A stretch of 64,000 nucleotides of DNA, taken from NCBI GenBank assembly GCA_965228475.1, contig OZ245817.1:704001-768000 (forward strand). Reading direction: 5' to 3'. The translations under genes and the position numbers were made by a program. The notes beneath the pieces were generated by a model, which worked only from the letters and a program-made list of their open reading frames with translations, did no database searches and was not told where the DNA came from. Within the stretch, counting starts at the first letter, position 1. Each line of letters opens with the position of its first letter. The DNA is from Myxococcota bacterium. GTDB lineage: Bacteria; Myxococcota_A; UBA9160; JAFDDA01. Shown here piece after piece: positions 19,261 through 29,400 of this stretch.

Positions 19261-20118
19261 TCAGTCCCGGTCTTCGTCCATGAAGGCGGCGAAGCGGTCC
19301 GCCCAGTCCGGGTGCCAGCGCGAAAGGGCGGGTCGGTTTTCCGTGAGGTCGCCGGCCGCCCACTCGATGCGGCGCCGGTCCATCTCCTCGGTGACCTCGT
19401 TGTCGGGACAGATCAGGTAGAAGTGGCCGCGGTCGAGCCCGGCGAGCAGGAAGTCCGCGACCTCCTCCGGGAGCCACGCGCTCGGCGGCTTCTCCTTCAG
19501 GAAGCGGCGCACCATCCCCGTGTACGTGAAGCCCGGGACGAGCAGGTGCGCCGTCACCTGGCAGCCTTCGGTGGCGCGCAGCTGGTGCGCGAGGCTCTCG
19601 GTCAGGCTCTTGATGCCCGCCTTCGAGACGTTGTACGCCGCGTCGCCCGGCGGGTTGGTGATGCCCTGCTTCGAGCCCGTGTTCACGATCGCGCAGGGCG
19701 TGCCCTGATCGATCATGGCTTGGGTGAAGGCCTGGAGGCCGTGGACCACCCCGAAGAGGTTCACCCCGATCACGCGGGTCCATCCTTCGGGGTTCTGCCA
19801 GGGGCCGCCGCCGCCGCCCGTCCCGGCGTTGTTCATGAGCACGGCCACTTCGCCGAAGCGCTCGAGGACGGCGTCGCGGAGCGCTTCGACGGACTCGAGG
19901 CGTGCGACGTTCGTCGCGGCGGTCAGCACGGCGTCCGCGCCGCCCGGGGCGGCCCGGGTGACGGCCTCGGCCGCGGCGGCGAGCGCTTCTTCGTCGAGGT
20001 CGGCGAGGCACACGTTCATGCCGCGCGCCGCGAGCTTCTCGGCGACGGAGAGGCCGATCCCGCTCGCACCCCCCGTGATGACGGCGGTGCGGCCGGAGGC
20101 CAGGGCCGGATGGGACAT
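19261..20118 (-). CDS. Short-chain dehydrogenase/reductase
   Basis: TGGASGIG, NNAG, YNVSK. Confidence 0.92.
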   Translation of the reverse strand: MSHPALASGRTAVITGGASGIGLSVAEKLAARGMNVCLADLDEEALAAAAEAVTRAAPGGADAVLTAATNVARLESVEALRDAVLERFGEVAVLMNNAGTGGGGGPWQNPEGWTRVIGVNLFGVVHGLQAFTQAMIDQGTPCAIVNTGSKQGITNPPGDAAYNVSKAGIKSLTESLAHQLRATEGCQVTAHLLVPGFTYTGMVRRFLKEKPPSAWLPEEVADFLLAGLDRGHFYLICPDNEVTEEMDRRRIEWAAGDLTENRPALSRWHPDWADRFAAFMDEDRD

Positions 20119-20129
20119 GTGGGCTCGCT

Positions 20130-20339
20130 CTAGTGGCAGTGGTAGTGGCCGAGCGCGCTGTGGCACCCGAACTCGTCGATGCCGCCGTGGTGGGACGGGG
20201 CGCCTTCCGTCACGCCGCCCTCGTGGCTGTGGCCGGGGTGGAACTCCACGGGTTCCGTCGTCGCGGTGCGGTTCAAGCCGGCGTAGGCCAGGGTCCCCAC
20301 GGCGAAGAGGGCCGCGGCGGTCAGGATGCGAAGCTTCAT
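20130..20339 (-). CDS. Small secreted His/Cys-rich protein (YHYH-domain-like)
   Basis: Signal peptide followed by HPGHSH...HHGGIDEFGCH...YHCH; SD AAGGAG. Confidence 0.7.
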   Translation of the reverse strand: MKLRILTAAALFAVGTLAYAGLNRTATTEPVEFHPGHSHEGGVTEGAPSHHGGIDEFGCHSALGHYHCH

Positions 20340-20427
20340 GGGACGACTCCTTCCGGCGCGGGCCGGCGCGGCTCGCGACCGCCCGAGTGTACCGCTTCGC
20401 CCGCCGAAGTCGCGGACGTCCGCGGCC

Positions 20428-20898
20428 TCAGTCGGTTCCGGTCTCCGGCAGCAGGGAATCGACGAGCGAGGCGAAATCCTCTCGAAACCAGCGCCGGTTC
20501 ATTCCCCACCAGACCGCGACGCCGGGCGGGGTCACGCTCAGGCGGATCGCCTCGCGCTGGGCCTTGAAGCTCTCTTCGTCGAGCATGCCCTTGCAGTACT
20601 GGTAGTAGTAGTTCTCGTAGCCCTTGAAGTTGCTCCGCATCCAGGCGTCGAACTGGAAGCGGACGGAGCCCTCGAGGCGCGACGGGTCGATCATGCCCTC
20701 GACGAAGCGCTCGGCCAGGACGTCGTCCCGGGCCAGGGTCATCAGGCGTCCGACGGAGGCGTCGGAGATGGTCTGGAACGTGTTGGCCTCGAGCGAGCGC
20801 GTGTTCTGGCGGATCTGCATCGCCAGGTAGATGAGCGACGCGATCACGCCGATGGCTCCGACGAGCTCGGCGATCGCACCGACGGCTTCCCAGTTCAT
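20428..20898 (-). CDS. Hypothetical protein with N-terminal TM helix (MNWEAVGAIAE...QIRQNT type)
   Basis: SD GGGGAG, ATG 20898, typical codon usage; C-terminal ENYYYQY..G and PGVAVWW. Confidence 0.75.
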   Translation of the reverse strand: MNWEAVGAIAELVGAIGVIASLIYLAMQIRQNTRSLEANTFQTISDASVGRLMTLARDDVLAERFVEGMIDPSRLEGSVRFQFDAWMRSNFKGYENYYYQYCKGMLDEESFKAQREAIRLSVTPPGVAVWWGMNRRWFREDFASLVDSLLPETGTD

Positions 20899-20930
20899 GG
20901 CGCTCTCCCCTGCAAGGCGTTTCCTTTCAT
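20895..20930 (-). other. 11-aa bridging mini-ORF (MKGNALQGRAP*) linking thiD to the next gene
   Basis: Its ATG overlaps the thiD TGA (ATGA 20930-20927); its TGA overlaps the next ATG (ATGA 20898-20895). Confidence 0.5.
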
Positions 20931-21715
20931 CGCGGCGCGCCGAGATCGAGGACGGGCGCGCCCTGCCCGATGGCCCGGGCGCCCGCGATGGCCGAAGCCA
21001 CGAAGGCCTGGGCGCGGGCGGTCGCCTCGGGGACGCTCTTCCCGGCCGCCAGGCCCGCCGCGATCGCCGCCGAGAGTGCGCAGCCGGTTCCGTGGGGGCT
21101 CGGGCCGTCGATCCGCGGGGATTCGTGCCAGATCGTCCGGACCTCGCCGCGCAGGGCGAGCAGGTCCCGCGGTGCCCCGTCGCGGTGGCCGCCTTTGACG
21201 AGGACCGCCTGCGCCCCGGCCTGCTCGAGGAACCAGGCTGCGGCCCGCTCCGCCCCGGCGTCGCTGCTCGTGTCTTCGCCCGAGAGTTCCATCGCCTCCG
21301 GGCGGTTCGGCGTGACCAGGGCCGCCATGGGAAAGAGCCCGACGAGCGTCGGCCGGGCACGCCGCTCGAGAAGCTCCGCGCCGTTGCTGGCCGCGAGGAT
21401 CGGGTCGATCACGATGGGGATCGATGCGTCGACCCCCGAGAGCGCGAGCGCCACGTTCCGGGCGACGTCGTCGCTCGCGAGCATGCCGAGCTTGATCGCC
21501 GCCGGGCGGACGTCCGCGAAGAGCGCGCGGAGCTGGTCGAGGACGACGCTCGGGAAGGTCGGCAGGACCTGCTTCACCCCGGTCGTGTCCTGGATGGTGA
21601 GCGCGGTCGGCACCGCGGCGCCGTGGAGCCCGTGGACGCGGAAGACCTGCACGTCCATCTGGAGACCGGCGCCGCCCGTCGGGTCCGAGCCAGCGATCGA
21701 GAGGGCGACTTTCAT
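20927..21715 (-). CDS. thiD: Hydroxymethylpyrimidine/phosphomethylpyrimidine kinase
   Basis: LSIAGSDPTGGAGLQMD, KLGML, VIDP, TPN, VKGGH, HGTGCALS. Confidence 0.93.
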   Translation of the reverse strand: MKVALSIAGSDPTGGAGLQMDVQVFRVHGLHGAAVPTALTIQDTTGVKQVLPTFPSVVLDQLRALFADVRPAAIKLGMLASDDVARNVALALSGVDASIPIVIDPILAASNGAELLERRARPTLVGLFPMAALVTPNRPEAMELSGEDTSSDAGAERAAAWFLEQAGAQAVLVKGGHRDGAPRDLLALRGEVRTIWHESPRIDGPSPHGTGCALSAAIAAGLAAGKSVPEATARAQAFVASAIAGARAIGQGAPVLDLGAPR

Positions 21716-21788
21716 CCGCCGAAGGGTACACGGGTGCGGCCCGCCCGCTCGGGTCCCCGCGGATCGGGGGACTGGTAAGCTCCCCGCC

Positions 21789-23021
21789 ATGCGCTCGCGC
21801 GCGCCGCTCGTTCCGGCGCTCTTCGGTCTCCTGCTCGCCTTCGCCCCCCTCGAGGTTCCCGCCGGCGAGGCCCCTCTCGAGGTTCCGGGCGAGCCGCCCT
21901 CGACCGTGGTCCTGATCTCCATGGACGGCGTCCGGCCCGCCGACCTGGAAGCCCAGGAGCTGCCCGCCCTCGGCCGCATGGCGCGCGAGGGCGCTCGCGC
22001 CGCGCGCATGGTGCCAGTTTTCCCGACCAACACGTTTCCGAACCACGTGACGCTCGTGACGGGCGTCTCGCCCGAGCGCCACGGCATCGTGAACAACACC
22101 TTCCTCGACCCGGAGCGCGGCGAGTTCTCCTACGGGAACGACCCGGCCTGGCTCGAAGCGGAGCCGCTCTGGGCGATCGCCGGCCGCCACGGTCTCGTCT
22201 CCGCGGCCTACTACTGGATCGGCTCCCAGGGGAAATGGAAGAACGGCCACGGCCCGCGCTACTGGAAGGCCTTCAACAGCCGCACCGGCGAGCCCGAGAA
22301 GGTCGATCAGATCCTCGCCTGGCTGGCCCTGCCGGAGGGCGAACGCCCGCAGCTCGTGACGGCCTGGTTCCACGGTGCCGACTACGCGGGGCATCGCCAC
22401 GGCCCGGGTTCCCGCCAGGTCCTCGAGGCGATGCGGGAGCAGGACGCCGCCCTCGGGCGGCTGCTGGCCGGGCTCGATGCCCGGAAGGCCTGGCGGCACA
22501 CGACCCTGATCGTCGTCTCGGACCACGGCATGCACGCGATCGAGGAGTCGATCCACCTCCAGGGCCTGCTCGACGACGCCGGCATCGCCGGCCGCGTCCG
22601 CGGGGGCGGCGGGTTCGTGACGGTCACCCTCGAGGATGCGGCGGATCTCCCGCGCGCCCTCGAGACGGCGCGCGGCGCGGGCCTCGAGGCCTGGGCGCGG
22701 GGGCAGGGGCCCGAGGGGCTCGCCACCGCCCACCCGAGGTTCGGGGACTTCGTCGCCCTCGCGCCGCCCGGCACGGCGATCCGGCGCTCGGGCGTGGTGA
22801 ACCGGATCCGCGCGGCCTTCACCGGCGGAGGCCACGGCTATCGGCCGAGCGAACCGTCCATGGCCTCGATCTTCCTGGCGCTCGGCCGCAGGGCCGCGCC
22901 CGGACATTCCGTGAACTTCGTGCATGCCCGCGACGTCGCACCTACCGTACTGTCCCTGCTCGGGGTGCCCGTGCCGGAAACGATGGAGGGGAGCCCGATT
23001 CCCCTCGCACCCGTCCCATGA
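21789..23021 (+). CDS. Alkaline phosphatase superfamily nucleotide pyrophosphatase/phosphodiesterase, exported
   Basis: LISMDG, PTNTFPNH (catalytic Thr), DYAGH, VSDHG, GHGY. Confidence 0.9.
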   Translation: MRSRAPLVPALFGLLLAFAPLEVPAGEAPLEVPGEPPSTVVLISMDGVRPADLEAQELPALGRMAREGARAARMVPVFPTNTFPNHVTLVTGVSPERHGIVNNTFLDPERGEFSYGNDPAWLEAEPLWAIAGRHGLVSAAYYWIGSQGKWKNGHGPRYWKAFNSRTGEPEKVDQILAWLALPEGERPQLVTAWFHGADYAGHRHGPGSRQVLEAMREQDAALGRLLAGLDARKAWRHTTLIVVSDHGMHAIEESIHLQGLLDDAGIAGRVRGGGGFVTVTLEDAADLPRALETARGAGLEAWARGQGPEGLATAHPRFGDFVALAPPGTAIRRSGVVNRIRAAFTGGGHGYRPSEPSMASIFLALGRRAAPGHSVNFVHARDVAPTVLSLLGVPVPETMEGSPIPLAPVP

Positions 23022-23704
23022 GGAAACGAATGCCCGCCCGCCCGATCCTGCTGATGTGGCTCCTCACCCTTCTGTTGCCGCTCCCGGCCCATGCCGAGGA
23101 GGAGACCTGGCACGCGGAGACGCTCTCGAGCAGCCCGCGCGGCGTCCACGTCACGCAGTATTGGGCGAAGAAGAACGACCGCCTGCGCGCGGAGACCGTG
23201 ATCGCCGGCCACCGGCTCGTGACGATCATCAACGGCGACACCTACTACGCGATCGACGCGAACGAGGGCATCGCGATCGCGGTGAAGCGCAACGCCCGCG
23301 CGCGCAAGAACGACAAGAAGTTCCCCCGGCTGGTCGGCACCGAAGGGTTCGTCATCCGGGAGCGCGGCGGCGAGAAGGTGAAGACCGAGCGGCTGGCTGG
23401 CCAGAAGTGCGACGTGTGGCGGCTGACGGACCAGCGCGGCCGCCGCGCGGTCTGGGTCCAGCAGAGCGGCAAGGAAGAAATGCTGCCCCTGCGCGTCGAG
23501 GTCTACAACCGCCAGGCGGCGACGGAGATCCGCACCGACTACACCCAGTGGGCGAGCGGTCTCGAACTCCCCGACCGGCTGTTCGAGCCGGACCCGCGCT
23601 TCGACGTCAAGGAACTCAGCTACGAGGAATACGTGAAGCAGGCCGGCGAGGGCGCGCGCTTCCCGCCCGTCCTCCACGCGAACCTGCTCCACGGCGAGCG
23701 CTAG
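23018..23704 (+). CDS. Exported hypothetical protein, LolA/DUF4412-like beta-rich fold
   Basis: Signal peptide (PAHA|E); TERLAGQKCDVW...VWV...LPLRVE...LPDRLFEP; ATGA-coupled. Confidence 0.65.
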   Translation: MRKRMPARPILLMWLLTLLLPLPAHAEEETWHAETLSSSPRGVHVTQYWAKKNDRLRAETVIAGHRLVTIINGDTYYAIDANEGIAIAVKRNARARKNDKKFPRLVGTEGFVIRERGGEKVKTERLAGQKCDVWRLTDQRGRRAVWVQQSGKEEMLPLRVEVYNRQAATEIRTDYTQWASGLELPDRLFEPDPRFDVKELSYEEYVKQAGEGARFPPVLHANLLHGER

Positions 23705-24261
23705 GACTCGGGGAAGAGCTTCGCGACGTCGAGGATCGGGCGCGTCGAGCGCCGCGCGCGCGCCAGGAGCAGCGCCCCCTCCATGGCCGAGAGCACGAGC
23801 CCGGCCCGCGTCCGGGCCTCGCGCCGCGCGACGCCGGCGCCTTCGAACACGCCCGCGATGACCTCCGCCCAGCCGTCGAGCGCGGCTTCCCCGGCCGCCG
23901 TGATGCCCGGGGAGCCCGGCGCGGTCTCGAGCAGGGTCGTGGCGATCGGACAGCCCGAGCGGAACTGCGACTCCTCCATCCAGCCGGCCATCGTCCGCGC
24001 GTAGGCGCGCAGGAAGGCCTGCGGGTCGCGGTGGCGGGTGGCGAGCTCCGTGAGCTTCTCGGTGAGCAGGCGGCCCGCGAGTTCGACGGCCGCCTCGCCG
24101 AGGCCCTCCTTGCCCGCCGGGAAGTAGTGGTAGAGCGAGCCCTTGGGGGCGCCGCTCTCCTCGACGATCTGCGCGAGGCCCGTCGAGGCGTAGCCCTGGC
24201 GGCGGAAGAGGCGCATGGCGGTCCGGACGAGGTTCGCCTTGTGCTGGCTGGCTTTGGGCAC
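23701..24261 (-). CDS. TetR-family regulator (LmrA/YxaF type)
   Basis: LFRRQGYASTG...SGAPKGSLYHYFP..KE; GCPIAT. Confidence 0.92.
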   Translation of the reverse strand: MPKASQHKANLVRTAMRLFRRQGYASTGLAQIVEESGAPKGSLYHYFPAGKEGLGEAAVELAGRLLTEKLTELATRHRDPQAFLRAYARTMAGWMEESQFRSGCPIATTLLETAPGSPGITAAGEAALDGWAEVIAGVFEGAGVARREARTRAGLVLSAMEGALLLARARRSTRPILDVAKLFPES

Positions 24262-24268
24262 CGATCAG

Positions 24269-24296
24269 ATTATAATGACTGGTCGACATAGTTCAA
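24269..24296 (-). promoter_or_regulatory. Sigma70 promoter for leaderless tetR with a GACYRGTC operator in the spacer
   Basis: Minus strand TTGAAC-N16-TATAAT-N7-GTG; GACTGGTC at 24277-24284. Confidence 0.7.
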
Positions 24297-24312
24297 GCGC
24301 CCGGAGGACCCC

Positions 24313-25011
24313 ATGTCCACACCCGCCACGATCGAGATCCGCGAAGGCATCGGCCGCGTCCGCATGGACGACGGCAAGGTGAACGCCATCAGTCACGCCA
24401 TGCTCGAGGCCCTCGGGGCCGCCTTCGACCGGGCCGAGGCCGAGGGGGTCACGGCCGTGGTGATCGAAGGCCGCGACGAACTGTTCTCCGCGGGCTTCGA
24501 TCTCAAGACCTTCGCCAAGGGCGGGACGGCCGGGCCCGAGCTCGTCTTCGCCGGGGCACGATTCTACGAGCGCATGCTCCGCTTCCCGCGCCCGATCGTC
24601 ACCGTCTGCCGCGGCTACGCGTACCCGGCGGGGGCGTTCCTGCTGCTCGCCGCCGACGTCCGCTTCGCCGCGGCCGGCGCCTCGCCGATCGGGATGAACG
24701 AGGTCGCGATCGGTCTGACCGTCCCGCGCTTCGCGATCGAGCTCGCCCGCCACCGGCTGACCCCGGCCGGCTTCGCGGCCATCAGCACGGCCACCCTGTT
24801 CGGAACCGAAGAGGCCGCGAGGGCCGGCTACGTCGACCACGTCGTCGCACCCGAGGCGCTCGGCGCGGCGGTCGAGGCGGAGGTCGAGCGGCTGCGCGGG
24901 CTCGACGCGAACGCGTACGCGGGGACGAAGGCGCGGCTCAACGGCGAGGCGCTCGCGCGGATCGGCGCGGCGATCGACCAGGAGGCGAAGGAGGTGGGGA
25001 TCGAGGTCTAG
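24313..25011 (+). CDS. Crotonase/enoyl-CoA hydratase family protein
   Basis: DDGKVNAI, FSAGFDL, FPRPIV, IGMNEVAIG; SD GGAGG. Confidence 0.9.
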   Translation: MSTPATIEIREGIGRVRMDDGKVNAISHAMLEALGAAFDRAEAEGVTAVVIEGRDELFSAGFDLKTFAKGGTAGPELVFAGARFYERMLRFPRPIVTVCRGYAYPAGAFLLLAADVRFAAAGASPIGMNEVAIGLTVPRFAIELARHRLTPAGFAAISTATLFGTEEAARAGYVDHVVAPEALGAAVEAEVERLRGLDANAYAGTKARLNGEALARIGAAIDQEAKEVGIEV

Positions 25012-25152
25012 CGGGTCGTTCCGGGAGGCGTCGCCCACCCGGACGGGCCTGATTGAGAGTTCCCTGAGGGTTCGGGGCGTGCCGCGGTCCGCAGGTCCCC
25101 TGCCGGGGCGGAAACCGCCCACGCCGATCCTCGCCGGCCGTAGCTTCGGGCC

Positions 25153-25257
25153 ATGGAACCGTTGGACCTGAAGCTCTGGGCCACCCTGCTCGTCGCCGTT
25201 GCCGTGGCCCTCGTTCGTGCCGCGCTGCCCGCTAGGAAGGGTCGGCGACCCAGGTGA
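25153..25257 (+). CDS. Putative 34-aa single-pass membrane peptide
   Basis: MEPLDLKLWATLLVAVAVALVRAALPARKGRRPR*; TAGCTT 6 nt upstream of the ATG. Confidence 0.45.
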   Translation: MEPLDLKLWATLLVAVAVALVRAALPARKGRRPR

Positions 25258-26335
25258 TGTTGGCGTCGGCGATGGGCGGCGACTGTGCCTCCATCACGGC
25301 GAGCTTGCGCACCACCGACCCGGCGACGTCGCGGATGCGTTCGGCGACGTCGCAGTCCGGCGAGAACTCGAGGATGGGTTTCCCGACGTCGCCGCCCTCG
25401 ACCACGCGCGGGTCGATCGGCAGCTCGCCGAGGAAGTCGACACCGATCTCCTCGGCGGTCCGCTGGCCGCCGCCCTGGCCGAAGATGTAGTAGCGCTTGT
25501 CCGGCAGCTCGGGCGGCGTGAAGTAGGACATGTTCTCGACGATGCCGAGCACCGGCACGTTCACCTTCTCGAACATGGCGAGGCCCTTGCGCGCGTCGAT
25601 CAGCGAGAGGTCGTTCGCCGTCGTCACGATCACCGCGCCCGAGAGCGGCGCCATCTGGGTGAGCGTGAGCGCGGCGTCGCCGGTGCCGGGCGGCAGGTCG
25701 ATCACGAGGTAGTCGAGCTCGCCCCACTCGACGTCGCGCAGGAACTGGGTGATGAGCCCGTGCACCATCGGGCCGCGCCAGATCACGGGCGACTGGTCGT
25801 TCACGAAGAAGCCCATGCTCATGAGCTTCAGACCGTACTTTTCGTGGGGGACGATGCGCTTCTCGGTCGCCTCGGGCCGGCCGCTCACGCCCGTGAGCAG
25901 CGGGAGCGAGGGTCCGTAGACGTCCGCATCGAGCAGGCCGACCTTGGCGCCCATCTGATGCAGGGCCAGCGCGAGGTTGGTCGAGACCGTGCTCTTGCCG
26001 ACGCCGCCCTTGCCGGAGGCGACGGCGATGGTGTTCTTCACGCCGGGGAGCAGGTCGCCCTTCGGCCCTTCGATCGGCCGCCGGCCGCGCTGCTGGGCGG
26101 TTATGTTGACGTCGACCTCGTCGACGCCGTCGAGCTGGCCCACGCGCTCGCGCGCCGCCTTCTCGAATTCGGCCTTCACCGGGCAGGCCGGCGTGGTGAG
26201 CTCGATGTCGAAGGCGACGCGGCCGCCCTGGATCGACACGTTCTTCACGAAGCCGAGCTCGACGATGCTCTTGCCGAAGTCGGGGTCGACGATGGGGCGC
26301 AGGGCGTCGAGAACCTGCGGCTCGGTCACGGGCAT
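25232..26335 (-). CDS. mrp: Mrp/NBP35 (ApbC) Fe-S cluster carrier ATPase with N-terminal DUF59 domain
   Basis: LTTPACP, SGKGGVGKST, DADVYGPS, WRGPM, DLPPGTGD, ENMS. Confidence 0.93.
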   Translation of the reverse strand: MPVTEPQVLDALRPIVDPDFGKSIVELGFVKNVSIQGGRVAFDIELTTPACPVKAEFEKAARERVGQLDGVDEVDVNITAQQRGRRPIEGPKGDLLPGVKNTIAVASGKGGVGKSTVSTNLALALHQMGAKVGLLDADVYGPSLPLLTGVSGRPEATEKRIVPHEKYGLKLMSMGFFVNDQSPVIWRGPMVHGLITQFLRDVEWGELDYLVIDLPPGTGDAALTLTQMAPLSGAVIVTTANDLSLIDARKGLAMFEKVNVPVLGIVENMSYFTPPELPDKRYYIFGQGGGQRTAEEIGVDFLGELPIDPRVVEGGDVGKPILEFSPDCDVAERIRDVAGSVVRKLAVMEAQSPPIADANITWVADPS

Positions 26336-26436
26336 GGGGCCTCCGAGGGGGGCGCGTTGCGAGACGCGGGGACGCTAGCGCACGGCCCGGCGGGTGGCCT
26401 CGTGGCGCCGTGCCGGCCGCGCGCGCCGGGGCCCGG

Positions 26437-29400
26437 CTACTCGGCGCAGAGCTGCGCCGCCCGGAGCGCGGCGCTCCGCTTGGCGACGTCCTCGAAGTCC
26501 GTGTTCGGCGTCGTGCGCGCGGCCGCGAGCTGGGCCGCGGCGTCGTCCCGGCAGGCCTCGCACGCGGCGTCGCCGCCCGCGCAGGCGACCGCTGCGATCT
26601 CGGCCTCGGCGGTGTCGTCCACGCTCGCGATCAGCCGGTCCCGCAGCGGCGCCATCAGGCCCTCGAGCTCGTAGGGAAGCAGCAGGCTCACGAGGGCGAG
26701 GGCGAGGTCCGTCTGCGGAATGGGCTGCCCGGTGGCGAGCGACCCCGCGATGCGCCCCCGGACCCAGGGCAGGATCTGGCCGCCGAAGGTGTTGGCGAGC
26801 TCCGGGTGGGTCGCCGTCATCGCGTCGAGCTCCGCATCGAGGGAGTCGAGGGTCCAGAGCAGACGCTCCATGGGCGCGCGTGCCGCAGCCAGGGGGGAGA
26901 CGTTCGATTCGTGATTCTGCGTGTTGCGCCGGTCGTGGCCGAAGCCCTGCCAGGGGATGCTCGTGGCGGTGGCCGGAGCCGGCGTGTCCCAGACGAAGAG
27001 GTCGCCCTCCCGGGTCCCGACCACGATCTCGACGAGGCCGTCGCCGTCGACGTCGCCCGCGAGCGGCGAGGTGATGATCCAACCCATCGTGAGCTTCGGC
27101 CAGCCGGCCGGCTGCACGGCGCTTCCGACGGGCACGCCCGCGGCGGCGGCCTCCGAGGCCTCGTCGAGGATCTCGAAGGCGCGCACGAGATAGGTGCCGC
27201 TGCCCTGGACGACCTCGGGCACGCCGTCGCCCGTCACGTCCGCGAGGCCCGGGCTCGCGATGAACTGCATGTCCTCCATCGGCTGCGGGAAGGCGGGGAC
27301 GAGCTCGCCGAGGCTCGCCGGGTCCGCGTTCCAGGCGGCGATCTGGTGGTCGCCGCCGAACTGCTGCCCCGGGACGAGCACGTCGAGGAGCTTGCGGAAG
27401 CCGGCCGTCGGCGCGACCCACTCGGGCAGGCCGTCCTGGTCGATGTCGCCGAAGGCGCCGGAGCCGAGGGTGGGGAAGAAGGGGCCGTCCGCGGAGCCGG
27501 CTTCCGGCGGAACGCCCGGGAAGCCGCCGCCGGCGAAGTCGATGGCGAGGGAGCGCGGCAGGCCGTTGTGATCGCCGAGGATCGGCTCGCCCGCGCCGTT
27601 CACGACGAGCGCCGGCCCGGCGTAGCCGTGCACCACGGCCTCGAGGCTGCCGTTGCCGTCCGTGTCGGCGAGGGCGACGGAGGTCGAGGTGCCGGTCGCC
27701 ACGCTCGGCAGGAGCTGGGAGATCAGCAGCGGGACCGCGACGGGCCAGCCGTCCACCATTTCGCCCGTGGCGTCGACGGCATAGATGCGGCTCGTCACGT
27801 CGAGGTCGAGCTCGTCCTCGAAGCCGAGGGTCGCGAGCAGGCCGAAGAGCGAGGAAGGCGCGCTCCACACCGTCGGGCTGTCGCCGTACTCCTCGGTGGT
27901 GCCGACGATGATCTCGGGCCGTCCGTCCCCGGTGAGGTCGCCCACCGCCGGTGAGCCGATGATCTTGCGCGCGCGCGACTTCGCGTCCGTGCCGGGGAGC
28001 GGCGTGCTGGCGCCGGTGTTCGGGTCGACGCTCACCAGCGACGTGTCGGCGAGCCGCACCGGGAAGCCGGTGACGAGGCTCCCGTCGGCGCGCCAGGCGT
28101 AGAGGTAGCCGTCCATGGCGCCGGCGATGATCTCGAGCGCCGGGTCCACGCCGGCCGGGTCGAGGTCCGCGAGGGTCGGCGCGCTGAACAGGCCGGGGTC
28201 CGCGTCGTTCAAGCGGTTGCGGTTTTCCGGCGCGGAGAAGGCCGGGTTCGTCTGGACGGGGAAGCCCGGGCGCGGGTTGCCCGTCTCGTCCCAGACGTAG
28301 ATGCCGCCCTGGGTTCCGACGGCGACGATCTCGACGCCGCCGTCGCCGTCGAGGTCGTCGGCGGCCACCGCGCCGCCGATGGCTTCGCGAGGCAGGTCGA
28401 CCGCGCCGCTCCCGAATCCGTTCTCGGGGCTCGCTTCGCCCGAGGGCAGGGTGGCCGTGAAGACCGGGAAGCCCGGCAGGTCGTCGCCCGTGGCGCCGTC
28501 GAACACGTGGACGCTGCCCGCGCCCGTCGCGTAGACGATGTCGAGCACGCCGTCGCGGTCGACGTCGGCGAGGGCCGGAGAGCTCTCGCCCGAGGCGCCG
28601 ACGTGGCGCGTCCAGGCCTGGGTCGGGTCGTGGTGGATCGCGACGGCCCGCCGGTCTTCGCCGAGGTTGCCCTCGACGTCGGTGACCTGGAGCCGCAGGG
28701 TGACGGTGTGTTCGTCGGGCTCGCCGACCGGGGTCGCCGGATCGAACGCGCAGGCCTCGGCGATCAGGCCCGGGTCGAAGCTGCCGAGCACGGCGTCTTC
28801 GACGGCCGTCATCGAGAAGCCGCTTCCGATCTCGACGAAGTCCTCGTCGAGCCCCGCGTCCCAGCCGCAGCCGATCTGGAGGCTCCAATCGAAGCCCGTC
28901 GAGCGGACGGCGCGCGCGCTCCCGCGCACCTCGACGCTCGAGCTCGCCTCCGGGTCGACGATCTCGAACCAGCGCAGGCCGCCGGCGAGGTCGGCCTCGG
29001 GCGGGATGCGCACCGTCGTGCCGCCCATGCCGTCCGGCTCGACCAACTCGGCGAGCCGCGCGACGTCCGGGCGCCCGTAGCCCGTGATCGGGTCCCAGCC
29101 CGGCCCGGCCGGGAAGTGGGACGTCCCGAAGTCCATGCCCACCGCGGCGTTGCTCAGCACGAACTGCGCCACGAGGTCGAAGGTCGGCGTGAAGTTCAGG
29201 GCGAAGCCGTCCGGGGTGTGGTCGATGTCCTGGGTCATGAAGCGGAAGATCTGGCGGACCTCCTCCGCCGAGAACGGTGCGGCGTGGTCGCAATCGCCGG
29301 CGTCGTCGCAGTAGGACGAGAGGAGCCCCCGGTCGATCAGGTTCAGGCCGTGGGAGACGATCAGCGCCGCCACGCCGCCCGAGCGGCCCGTCGCTTCGGA

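Noticed and set aside
21716..21788. TPP riboswitch upstream of thiD (or thiE)
   Set aside because: The gaps are too short and lack the conserved CUGAGA/ACCUG core.
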